The position numbers and the translations under genes are program-made. A DNA stretch of 61,083 nucleotides from contig JBAZLB010000006.1 in assembly GCA_041650495.1 (NCBI GenBank), positions 1-61,083 on the forward strand. The letters run 5' to 3'. The notes under the pieces are model-generated. The model ran no database searches. It had not been told where the DNA came from and saw only the letters and a list, made by a program, of their open reading frames with translations. Shown one piece after another: positions 1 through 7,240 of the stretch (positions are counted from its first letter, which is position 1; every line of letters starts with the position of its first letter). This DNA is from Candidatus Omnitrophota bacterium. Its GTDB lineage: Bacteria; Omnitrophota; Gorgyraeia; Gygaellales; Profunditerraquicolaceae.

Positions 1-373
1 TGTAAGTCAGAGCCATCCGTTTTAGATTTACAAAAGCGCGCATAATCTGAATATTTACCAATACAGCGCGTCTGCTACGTAGAACGCTTGAAAGCATAGC
101 CACGCCCTGCTCGGTAAAAGCAAAAGGCAAATAACCGCCTAAACTCTGCCTTGATGGTATCACATTTTGTGATACCATGATTTTTACTTCCTCATCCGTA
201 ATTTGGAACATAAAATCTTCTGGGAATCTCTCCCGGTTCCTTTTTACCTGTTGCCTTAAGGCTATTGGCTTTACGCCGTAAAGGACAGCGAGATCTTTAT
301 CCAGCATTACTCTTTTGCCTCTAATTTGAAGAATTTTATTTTCAATCTTTTCAACTGATATTACTCTGCCCAT
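1..373 (-). CDS. ORF6N (KilA-N-like) DNA-binding domain protein, copy A; runs off the window start, not in ORF track
   Basis: Manual translation from ATG at 373 (SD AGGAGG): MGRVISVEKIENKILQIRGKRVMLDKDLAVLYGV...RFPEDFMFQ...LPFAFTEQGVAMLSSVL...AVLVNIQIMRAF; same motifs as 4468-5040 and 5586-6116. Confidence 0.9.
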   Translation of the reverse strand, partial: MGRVISVEKIENKILQIRGKRVMLDKDLAVLYGVKPIALRQQVKRNRERFPEDFMFQITDEEVKIMVSQNVIPSRQSLGGYLPFAFTEQGVAMLSSVLRSRRAVLVNIQIMRAFVNLKRMALTY

Positions 374-402
374 TTTCTAACCTCCTTTGTTACGTTTTCT
401 AC

Positions 403-438
403 TATTAATAGACGTAAAAAGCGATGAAATCTAACATA
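403..438 (-). promoter_or_regulatory. Bipartite motif TGTTAG-N16-CGTCTA upstream of ORF6N copy A (ECF-sigma-like promoter)
   Basis: Minus strand tatgttagatttcatcgctttttacgtctattaa; same boxes and 16-nt spacing before all three ORF6N genes. Confidence 0.55.
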
Positions 439-491
439 AATTTTTACTCATCACCTCGATTTTATCATTTCTCTAAAGCTATCATCCGCGA

Positions 492-625
492 GAGGCTCGA
501 TATGCTGCTTCGCTGGGTTTTTTATTGTTAAATGCAGCATAGCGGACGAATCCGTTTTAAAAACTTCTATGTTTTGAGTCTCAACACGACCTAAAGCGAG
601 GACGCTGTGGCTGGGGCTGCCGCCG
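492..625. ncRNA. Conserved structured non-coding element upstream of ORF6N, copy A (unassigned family)
   Basis: Plus strand GAGGCTCGA-T-ATGCTGC...GCAGCAT-AGCGGACGAA...GAGGACGCTG..GGGGCTG; conserved blocks and covarying stem shared with copies B and C. Confidence 0.55.
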
Positions 626-732
626 CCTCGTCAAAAGAAAAGTAAGTGGTCTTTCTGTGACAAGGTTCTTTTGAGAACAGGTGCAAGATTGGGTTTAGGG
701 CACATAATCCCAATGGGGAATAGCCCACCAAC

Positions 733-785
733 CGGGGACAGACTACGCCATATCTCAATACGAAGTCATCTAAGTGGCCTGTCCC
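733..785. repeat. REP-like inverted repeat GGGGACAGACTAC...GTGGCCTGTCCC
   Basis: Imperfect inverted repeat of about 12 bp in non-coding DNA. Confidence 0.45.
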
Positions 786-947
786 AAAAAACTAACAAGA
801 GGTTACTACAGATTGTGTTAGGCTTGGCAATAAAAACTGCAGATTTAATTCAACAACTGTTTCGATAAACTCAACACTAATCCTGAGTAAAGCCGCAGGA
901 CTAAAGTCCAAAAACCAAATAGACGACTTGGGCTGTCAAAAGTCTAC

Positions 948-1382
948 CTACCAAGGTAAACCGAAACATGTGGAATTATCATCAGTATAATAACAGTGCC
1001 ACGTCTCCTGACCACTGCCCGGGTAATACTGGAGATAGTAAATATAGCCTCTAGAGGCGTTTGGAGCCTTCCCGCCGCCAGTGCACCTGTACGCGGCCAA
1101 ATTACACCACAGTGGATTAGGACTATACACCAGATACGAATAGAAGTTCGTGGTCCTGCAGGTATAATCGACTTCTACATCGCTATTCTGTATACCATCC
1201 AGCGAACCATATTTAAAGTAGTACTCATAGGCAAGCTTACGCATGAAGCCGATCTGAGCTATGGCTTCGGCAGTACGGGCCTTTTCAACTGTAATGGTAT
1301 ATTGAGTAAAGCCTAAGGTAGCCAGAACACCTACAATAACAATCGTTATTATCAACTCAAGCAGGGTAAAGGCTTGCTTCAT
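948..1382 (-). CDS. Type IV pilin-like protein (prepilin N-terminal methylation motif)
   Basis: MKQA/FTLLELIITIVIVGVLATLG class III signal with E5 and hydrophobic helix; Cys/Tyr-rich C-terminus. Confidence 0.85.
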   Translation of the reverse strand: MKQAFTLLELIITIVIVGVLATLGFTQYTITVEKARTAEAIAQIGFMRKLAYEYYFKYGSLDGIQNSDVEVDYTCRTTNFYSYLVYSPNPLWCNLAAYRCTGGGKAPNASRGYIYYLQYYPGSGQETWHCYYTDDNSTCFGLPW

Positions 1383-1553
1383 TCATCTCTCCTTTATTTG
1401 GTCTATATCTATATAGCACCAGTTTTCAAGGGGCTCGAATCCATCCTTACCGTAATACTGGCATAAATAGTTGTCTCATGCTAAAATCTTTAATTTTAAT
1501 TTATATGAGACTACTTTTGCTCATTTTGGTATCTAATCTTGGATTTCAAACAA

Positions 1554-1610
1554 AGTATACACCACCATATATGGGGGTGTCAACAATTAAAACACCATGC
1601 GATAATATGG
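1554..1610 (-). promoter_or_regulatory. Sigma70-type promoter (TTGACA-N18-TATACT) towards the pilin, with palindromic operator-like sites
   Basis: Plus strand agtata 1554-1559 and tgtcaa 1578-1583; ACACC-A-CCATATATGG-GGGTGT palindrome over the spacer; second ACCAT-N8-ATGGT near 1593-1610. Confidence 0.55.
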
Positions 1611-1614
1611 TATT

Positions 1615-1830
1615 ATGAATAATATCGTAGGGATAGAGTTAGGTAGGAAAATTAAAGAGCTTCGTAGGAAACGAGGTATTACACAAGAGCAACTAGCTGA
1701 ACTTATTGAAACTAGCTATAAATACCTTCAAAGAATAGAAGGTAAAAACCCTCCAGATGTAAGATTAACTACTATTATAAGACTTGCCAAAGCGTTGAAA
1801 GTAAAGCCTGCCGAATTGTTGAAGTTTTAA
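1615..1830 (+). CDS. XRE-family helix-turn-helix regulator (controller-protein-like)
   Basis: LGRKIKELRRKRGITQEQLAELIETSYKYLQRIEG...LTTIIRLAKAL is a classic HTH_3. Confidence 0.9.
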   Translation: MNNIVGIELGRKIKELRRKRGITQEQLAELIETSYKYLQRIEGKNPPDVRLTTIIRLAKALKVKPAELLKF

Positions 1831-1881
1831 TCCGTTAATCAAATCTCTTATTCTTTGCATGAATTAGATTTTTTGTTTTCT

Positions 1882-2574
1882 CTACTCTTGCTTTTTATTT
1901 TTACTTAGTCCCTCTATTACTTCGGCAAATGCTAACATTGATAAGCCGCCAATCTGCATCCATACAAAAACCATTTGCCAAAATAACCTACCATTATCAA
2001 GATGTTCTTTAGTTTCAACATTTTTAAGCCATTTATTTTGTATCTCTAATAATCTATCCCCGAACATTTTTTTATTTTTATCTTGTAACTCACGCACTTT
2101 ATCTAATTTTTGCATTACATTAAGATTCTTATCGTTCTGTATTTTATCAATGGTAGCCCGCGTATCCTCATCGCCTTTTCTATCTTTGCCTAACAAGGTA
2201 GACCATCGTTTTGCTAAAAAAATGTTATTATTTAATATGGTTTCTAGAGTTTTTTGCTTTGCTTTCTCGAGTTCCTTTATTTTTTCTTCACTCTTCTCTT
2301 TAATACTTATTTTATTTTTAAGCTGATGTTCATGTATTAACATCTGATAATATTCGACTTCTTGAACAACGGGCAAAGTTTCTCGATCTTCATAAGATAG
2401 AACTGCTAACATTGTTATTATTCTAGTATCATAAAAATTTGTTATTTCTTTATTAATATCCGACATTTTCTTATCAAAACTAACCACAACAACTGTAGCA
2501 ATAAAAGTTGCACAAATTATTAATAATGACCCTAATATTTTTAATTTAATAGTTGCTCTATTCATTATGTTCAT
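1882..2574 (-). CDS. Hypothetical membrane protein (two TM helices flanking a coiled soluble domain)
   Basis: 230-aa ORF with hydrophobic segments at both ends. Confidence 0.6.
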   Translation of the reverse strand: MNIMNRATIKLKILGSLLIICATFIATVVVVSFDKKMSDINKEITNFYDTRIITMLAVLSYEDRETLPVVQEVEYYQMLIHEHQLKNKISIKEKSEEKIKELEKAKQKTLETILNNNIFLAKRWSTLLGKDRKGDEDTRATIDKIQNDKNLNVMQKLDKVRELQDKNKKMFGDRLLEIQNKWLKNVETKEHLDNGRLFWQMVFVWMQIGGLSMLAFAEVIEGLSKNKKQE

Positions 2575-2610
2575 CTACTAAATGAGAATAAATCATGGTT
2601 GTTTCTACAA

Positions 2611-2630
2611 AAAATAGAACCGTCCCTTTT
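2611..2630. repeat. REP-like motif AAATAGAACCGTCCC, copy 1
   Basis: Identical 15-mer at about 5514-5528; both intergenic and followed by T-rich tracts. Confidence 0.5.
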
Positions 2631-2724
2631 ATTTCTTTCCCTTTATTTTTTCTTAATCCCAACAAAGATTATTTCTTAAGAGTTACTAATTGGCTATGCT
2701 GCTAGTGAACCATACCTCTTTACT

Positions 2725-3351
2725 TTAATAACATCCCTGCCAAAATACTGCCCATCTTTGGTAAAGATCGTTCTCATAATATGTCCAGCCAACGCCTACA
2801 ACCATCCCTAATGTTAAACCTGTGCCCTCAATAAGATAGCTTCCCAGCGTTCTTGTTCGTTCAGCGACGCAGTTATTTAATAGAAAAAGTGCTAAAGCAT
2901 AATCACAACGAGTAACGCCAAGTTTATTACAATATTCGATTGCCTGTCTATCTACGGCAAGATGGGTTTCTAAAGGTTGGCTAAACAAACCAGTTTCGGT
3001 ATGAGCTATTTCATGGGCCAATAAACAAATATACTCTTGCTTAATAGTCCATTTTGCCCCTCTTTTCTTCGCTATGTCATACCACCAATGTAAATACTTG
3101 AAATAAAACTCATCAATATAAATTGTAGTGCCTTCTATATATGCCAATTTGAAATTCCTCTTTTTTATAAAATCCTGGTCATTTAGAAACTGAGCTGAAT
3201 ATTTATGTTTTAGGCCAATATTATTTAATTCTTCAAGTGCCCGGTTAAACTCTAACTTATAATCTTGAGGTAAGTTATAAGACAGTATTTTGGGAAGCGA
3301 AGAACAACCACTTAACATTACCACAACGAACAGATAGATTAGTTTTTTCAT
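2725..3351 (-). CDS. Lipoprotein with HEXXH zinc-metallopeptidase motif
   Basis: Lipobox LSGC; LLAHEIAH. Confidence 0.65.
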   Translation of the reverse strand: MKKLIYLFVVVMLSGCSSLPKILSYNLPQDYKLEFNRALEELNNIGLKHKYSAQFLNDQDFIKKRNFKLAYIEGTTIYIDEFYFKYLHWWYDIAKKRGAKWTIKQEYICLLAHEIAHTETGLFSQPLETHLAVDRQAIEYCNKLGVTRCDYALALFLLNNCVAERTRTLGSYLIEGTGLTLGMVVGVGWTYYENDLYQRWAVFWQGCY

Positions 3352-3363
3352 CTTATTTTTCTC

Positions 3364-3792
3364 TTAGCGTCTTAATTGCTCAGAGGATAAATTATTTGAA
3401 CTCTGTATGTTTAAAATCTTATTAATATGTTCGGTTCTTTTCTTCATATCGTTCGTTATTTCATCCTGTATTTTAAAAAAAGAGGGTTTTAATTCTGCAT
3501 CTGCTTTTATTTTCAGGAGCCCGTCAGGTGAATAGGCTTCTTTTACAATATTGTATTTCTCGCGTGGAATAAATACAGCGAGCTGCATATAGCCATAAAC
3601 CATTATGTTGAGTGCTTGCTGATCTCCTTTACTCTTGGCATATATTGCTTGAGCCAATAATGCTGATTCTATATCTTCTTTTGGATAAGGCAATAGCTCA
3701 TCGCAAATACCAAACGCCATAAAAGCAAGGTCTTCTAATAACGCCCCATATTTCTCATTGATTTTATTAAAATCGATTTGCCGATGAGTCAT
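3364..3792 (-). CDS. Hypothetical protein
   Basis: 142-aa ORF tightly coupled to neighbours (ATGA overlap at 3789-3792). Confidence 0.6.
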   Translation of the reverse strand: MTHRQIDFNKINEKYGALLEDLAFMAFGICDELLPYPKEDIESALLAQAIYAKSKGDQQALNIMVYGYMQLAVFIPREKYNIVKEAYSPDGLLKIKADAELKPSFFKIQDEITNDMKKRTEHINKILNIQSSNNLSSEQLRR

Positions 3793-4016
3793 CGTTTCTT
3801 ATCTCGTAAGGTATAGATTAAGAGAATGCCAATAATAAAGATTGGAATAAAATATAACGTTATAACTATGTATACTCCCATTAAAAGCTCAGATAAGCTT
3901 TTTCCATGCCCTCCAGTTCCATAGAACAAAATCCACCTTTTTACCATAAAATATAAAAGCATTAAACAATAAGATAGAATGACAACCCAAACAACTATTA
4001 ATTGCTTTTTATTCAT
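3789..4016 (-). CDS. Hypothetical small membrane protein (2 TM)
   Basis: Two hydrophobic stretches; ATGA overlaps at both ends. Confidence 0.55.
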   Translation of the reverse strand: MNKKQLIVVWVVILSYCLMLLYFMVKRWILFYGTGGHGKSLSELLMGVYIVITLYFIPIFIIGILLIYTLRDKKR

Positions 4017-4255
4017 TTTACTTTACCCAATACATACCTGATCATTCTTGTATTACTAGAATCTTGTCCCGCAAACAATACTGTATATCTTCCATCTTTT
4101 AATAAGGTGTTTATTGATTCTGTTTTGTTTCCTTCAACTACCACAACCTTAACCTCGTAAATATTTCTATTTTTTCCTTTATTATACCAAGTAATTCCAA
4201 TATTAACTGTGATGGTTAATAGCCCAACGATAAATGTTACTATAGTCTGTTCCAT
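4013..4255 (-). CDS. Hypothetical protein with N-terminal TM anchor
   Basis: 80-aa ORF, SD GAGG upstream. Confidence 0.55.
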   Translation of the reverse strand: MEQTIVTFIVGLLTITVNIGITWYNKGKNRNIYEVKVVVVEGNKTESINTLLKDGRYTVLFAGQDSSNTRMIRYVLGKVK

Positions 4256-4467
4256 TTTTACCTCACTGTTATCTTCTTCAGCTTTTTTAAATAATCTTTT
4301 ACATATTTACAAAGATTATTTACGATCTTGCAAGGTAAATCTGATATCGTCATATTTTTTTCTTAACCAAAAAATTACCCTTTTCATAGTAAGAGCGGAT
4401 TCCAATTTATTTCTTGTATCAAACTAACACACCACTCCTTTATAGAATTAAACGTATTATACCACTC

Positions 4468-5040
4468 TCAAGTCCAAAATTTAGTCTTTTTATCTTCATC
4501 GTAAGTACGGAATCCAGTTATTTTCTTTTCTTTTGGCAGAGGCGGCTCAAGCAGTTGCTTTATTGCTTGGAATATCTCTTTTATAGTCTGATCGTGTTCA
4601 GCGTATTTCTTTTCAAGCGCCTCAATCTTTGCTGCCAAGCCTTTATGGGTTAGAAGGATCTCTCTTAGTTTGGTAAATGCCCGCATAATGAGAATATTCA
4701 TCTGTATCGCTCTTTCGCTATTTAATACGCTTGAAAGCATAGCTACCCCGTGTTCTGTAAAAGCATATGGTAAATATTTAATATGTTTACCCCTTTTTGA
4801 GGCTTCAGGTTTTCTATTGTTTAAGGTCACAAATTGTGACCTTAAAGATTCCACTTCTTCCCAAAACAATTGGAACATGAAATCACCAGGGAAACGCTTA
4901 ATGTTTCTTTTTACGGCTTGATTCATAACCTTAGCCGGAACCCCGTAAAGCTTAGCCAAATCCCTATCCAGCATTACTTTTTTACCCCTTAGTTCTAGAA
5001 TCCTTGTAGCAATAAATTCAACGGCGATTGCATTAGACAT
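4468..5040 (-). CDS. ORF6N domain-containing protein, copy B
   Basis: RGKKVMLDRDLAKLYGV...KRNIKRFPGDFMFQL...PYAFTEHGVAMLSSVLNS; C-terminal coiled coil and KITGF tail. Confidence 0.92.
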   Translation of the reverse strand: MSNAIAVEFIATRILELRGKKVMLDRDLAKLYGVPAKVMNQAVKRNIKRFPGDFMFQLFWEEVESLRSQFVTLNNRKPEASKRGKHIKYLPYAFTEHGVAMLSSVLNSERAIQMNILIMRAFTKLREILLTHKGLAAKIEALEKKYAEHDQTIKEIFQAIKQLLEPPLPKEKKITGFRTYDEDKKTKFWT

Positions 5041-5060
5041 TTTATCTTCTCCTTTCTGCT

Positions 5061-5094
5061 ATAATAGACGCAGCAAAGAGTAGAACCTAACATA
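5061..5094 (-). promoter_or_regulatory. TGTTAG-N16-CGTCTA motif upstream of ORF6N copy B
   Basis: Minus strand tatgttaggttctactctttgctgcgtctattatag. Confidence 0.55.
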
Positions 5095-5145
5095 TTTTTT
5101 TATCCTCAGCAAGATTTTTTGCTGGCTCTTAAGCCCCATCCATAA

Positions 5146-5278
5146 GAAGCTCGGCGTCTCACCGTCCAAAGAGGCTTCTAATTTGTCATAGGCGAGACAG
5201 CGGACGAACTCTTCTTATAAGCTAATATCTTTATGTGTAAATACTTGTTGGAGTGAGGACGCTGGGGCTGGACGGCGA
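5146..5278. ncRNA. Conserved structured non-coding element upstream of ORF6N, copy B
   Basis: Plus strand GAAGCTCGG-C-GTCTC...GAGAC-AGCGGACGAA...GAGGACGCTGGGGCTG. Confidence 0.55.
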
Positions 5279-5513
5279 CAACCTCAGCCGCAAGCCAAGA
5301 CGAACACGCATTGCATTAACAAGAAAACTACCGACCAAGGCGCGGTGTCTATAATTTCATTGAAGTGACTTATTATAAAAACGCTATCGGTCAATAGGCC
5401 TGAAAGGTGACCCCGCTAAGGCGGCCCAGAAATATAGCTCGCAAGAAAAACTCTCTGTATAATATTATAAAACTCTGCAAATCTCCTAAGCGTTCCCAAA
5501 CGAATAAACAAGA

Positions 5514-5530
5514 AATAGAACCGTCCCCTT
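5514..5530. repeat. REP-like motif AAATAGAACCGTCCCC, copy 2
   Basis: Matches 2611-2630. Confidence 0.5.
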
Positions 5531-5585
5531 TATTCCTTTATTCTTTACCTCCAGCTATGCTTATTATACTACTTCAATAAAATAT

Positions 5586-6116
5586 TTAACTGTTTTCCGG
5601 TCCTCGTGAAACATGAAAACCAATCATCTTTTTCTCTTTTGGGGTCGGGGGTTCTAATAATTGCTTAATAGCTTGAAATACAATCGCAAACTGTTTATCA
5701 TATTTCTTTTCCATTTCTTCAATCTTGCGCTTAAGGTCTTTATTGGTTAAAAGCATGCGTCTTAACTGGATGAAGGCCCGCATAATCTGAATGTTCACCA
5801 GTATTGCTTTCTTGCTATTTAATACGCTAGATAACATTGCTACGCCTTGCTCAGTAAACGCATAAGGAAGATATTTAGAATACTTACCCATTTCTAAGGT
5901 GACAAATTGGCACCTTAGAATTTCCTTATACTCTTTCCTGGTTAACGGTATTAAAAAGTCCGCTGGAAATCGCTCCATATTTCTGCGTACCTGCCTATTT
6001 AAGTATTTTGTTTCTACGCCATAGAGTTTGGCTAAATCCTTATCCAACATTACCCTCTTGCCCCTAAGAAATATGATTCTTGAAGCAATTACTTCTACAG
6101 ATACTAAGTTTGACAT
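5586..6116 (-). CDS. ORF6N domain-containing protein, copy C (ATG 6116 preferred over GTG 6125)
   Basis: RGKRVMLDKDLAKLYGVETK...RFPADF...PYAFTEQGVAMLSSVLNS; SD GGAGG upstream of the ATG. Confidence 0.92.
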   Translation of the reverse strand: MSNLVSVEVIASRIIFLRGKRVMLDKDLAKLYGVETKYLNRQVRRNMERFPADFLIPLTRKEYKEILRCQFVTLEMGKYSKYLPYAFTEQGVAMLSSVLNSKKAILVNIQIMRAFIQLRRMLLTNKDLKRKIEEMEKKYDKQFAIVFQAIKQLLEPPTPKEKKMIGFHVSRGPENS

Positions 6117-6133
6117 ATTTACCACCTCCTATA

Positions 6134-6167
6134 TTAATAGACGTATAAAAGGCCAAAATCTAACATA
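6134..6167 (-). promoter_or_regulatory. TGTTAG-N16-CGTCTA motif upstream of ORF6N copy C
   Basis: Minus strand tatgttagattttggccttttatacgtctattaata. Confidence 0.55.
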
Positions 6168-6222
6168 AAAATTCTTTATTTTTCTCATCAAAGTTTCTTC
6201 TCAGCTCTCAAACTATTAGCCA

Positions 6223-6330
6223 AGAGGCTCGGCATGCCGCATTGCCGAGTTTTTTGTTTGTTAATTGCGGCATAGCGGACGACCGTAGTTTTTTATGGAT
6301 TGATTAGAGAACGCTGGGGCTGGCGGCGGT
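6223..6330. ncRNA. Conserved structured non-coding element upstream of ORF6N, copy C
   Basis: Plus strand GAGGCTCGG-C-ATGCCGC...GCGGCAT-AGCGGACGAC...GAGAACGCTGGGGCTG. Confidence 0.55.
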
Positions 6331-6496
6331 ATTGCTTATACAAAACCCCACAAATCTACGCAGTCAGCTCTAAAGCAATAAAAAAAGCGTAACTGCTTCA
6401 AAAATGAAGTAATTACGCCTAATTATAATAAAAGAGAGGGTGATAATTACTCTCTAGGTTATCCCGCCTCGTAAGATGCGTCACTCTATAAAAGAA

Positions 6497-6604
6497 TATC
6501 CCCGTAGATAAACACGTCGTCGATTTCTTCGAAATCTCCTCGTATCTGCGGGGATAAATTCGGCCAAACAACTTAGCTTCGCTTTCGCTCGCTAAGTTGT
6601 GGCC
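6497..6604. repeat. Two long REP-like hairpins immediately 3' of tRNA-Phe
   Basis: TATCCCCGTAGATA...TATCTGCGGGGATA enclosing GATTTC-TTC-GAAATC; then ACAACTTAGC-N13-GCTAAGTTGT closed by GGCC/GGCC. Confidence 0.55.
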
Positions 6605-6611
6605 TCATTTA

Positions 6612-6683
6612 TGCCGAGGGAGGGAATCGGACCCCCCACGCCGGCCTTTTCAGGGCCGCGCTCTACCACTGAGCTACCTCGGC
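6612..6683 (-). tRNA. tRNA-Phe (GAA), CCA not encoded
   Basis: GCCGAGG TA GCTC AGTGGTA GAGC G CGGCC CTGAAAA GGCCG GCGTG GGGGG TCCGATT CCCTC CCTCGGC A; complete cloverleaf. Confidence 0.93.
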
Positions 6684-6756
6684 TTGGATACTTAATAAAT
6701 CCGATAAATTATAAACAAGATACCACAAAACCCGTCTGTTAGCAAATAATTCCTTG

Positions 6757-7143
6757 CTATTTTGTCTCAGTCATAATCTTGATGAATATATCCTGGGCTA
6801 AATCCAGGTTGGGGAAATGGTATTTGCGCGCCTTAACCTTAATCCGGGTAGTGGCAGCGGTAAGCCGGACCAGCCTGATGTTTACAAGGCTGGACTCAGC
6901 CTCCAGGTCAATAATGCCTTTTAAGCTGTCCTCATATTTTATTGTCCCTCTTATCTTGCTGACCATGACCGCTGAGTTCCACAGGGTATCGTAAGGCTTA
7001 TCCGTCTCCCCCTGTATCGTATCTTTACTTACTACCCTGCCTCCTACCACCCCCACAGCAGAACCGATCATAAGGGGAACACACCCTAAAAGATTCATGG
7101 TCAGGAAAATCGCCGCTAAATAAAAAAATGCCCTGCCTTTCAT
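6757..7143 (-). CDS. DUF3568-like lipoprotein
   Basis: Start ATG 7143 with SD AAGGAG; lipobox LLGC then PLMIGSAVGVVGG. Confidence 0.7.
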   Translation of the reverse strand: MKGRAFFYLAAIFLTMNLLGCVPLMIGSAVGVVGGRVVSKDTIQGETDKPYDTLWNSAVMVSKIRGTIKYEDSLKGIIDLEAESSLVNIRLVRLTAATTRIKVKARKYHFPNLDLAQDIFIKIMTETK

Positions 7144-7240
7144 TTGAGCTCCTTTTTTGCGAACACCTTGATAAAACAAAATATTGTCAGCCCCAGGATA
7201 ATACCCCAGGAAATTAAAATAAACATCCACCCGCCTGCCT

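Noticed and set aside
671-868. 65-aa plus-strand ORF
   Set aside because: TTG start, no SD, no recognisable motif; it overlaps a hairpin-rich non-coding region.
948-1382. Pilin as a DGR target (Tyr/Asn-rich C-terminus)
   Set aside because: No reverse transcriptase, Avd or template repeat in the window.
1420-1445. GGGCTCGAATCC resembling a tRNA T-arm remnant (att scar)
   Set aside because: Only 11 nt with a mismatch; it does not match this tRNA-Phe 3' end.
373-6330. Integron/CALIN interpretation of the island (GTTAGRT = attC R' core)
   Set aside because: No consistent R''/L boxes in all copies (none in copy B); the cargo genes 2725-4255 are abutting with no attC between them; no IntI seen. 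Kept only as an alternative in the findings.
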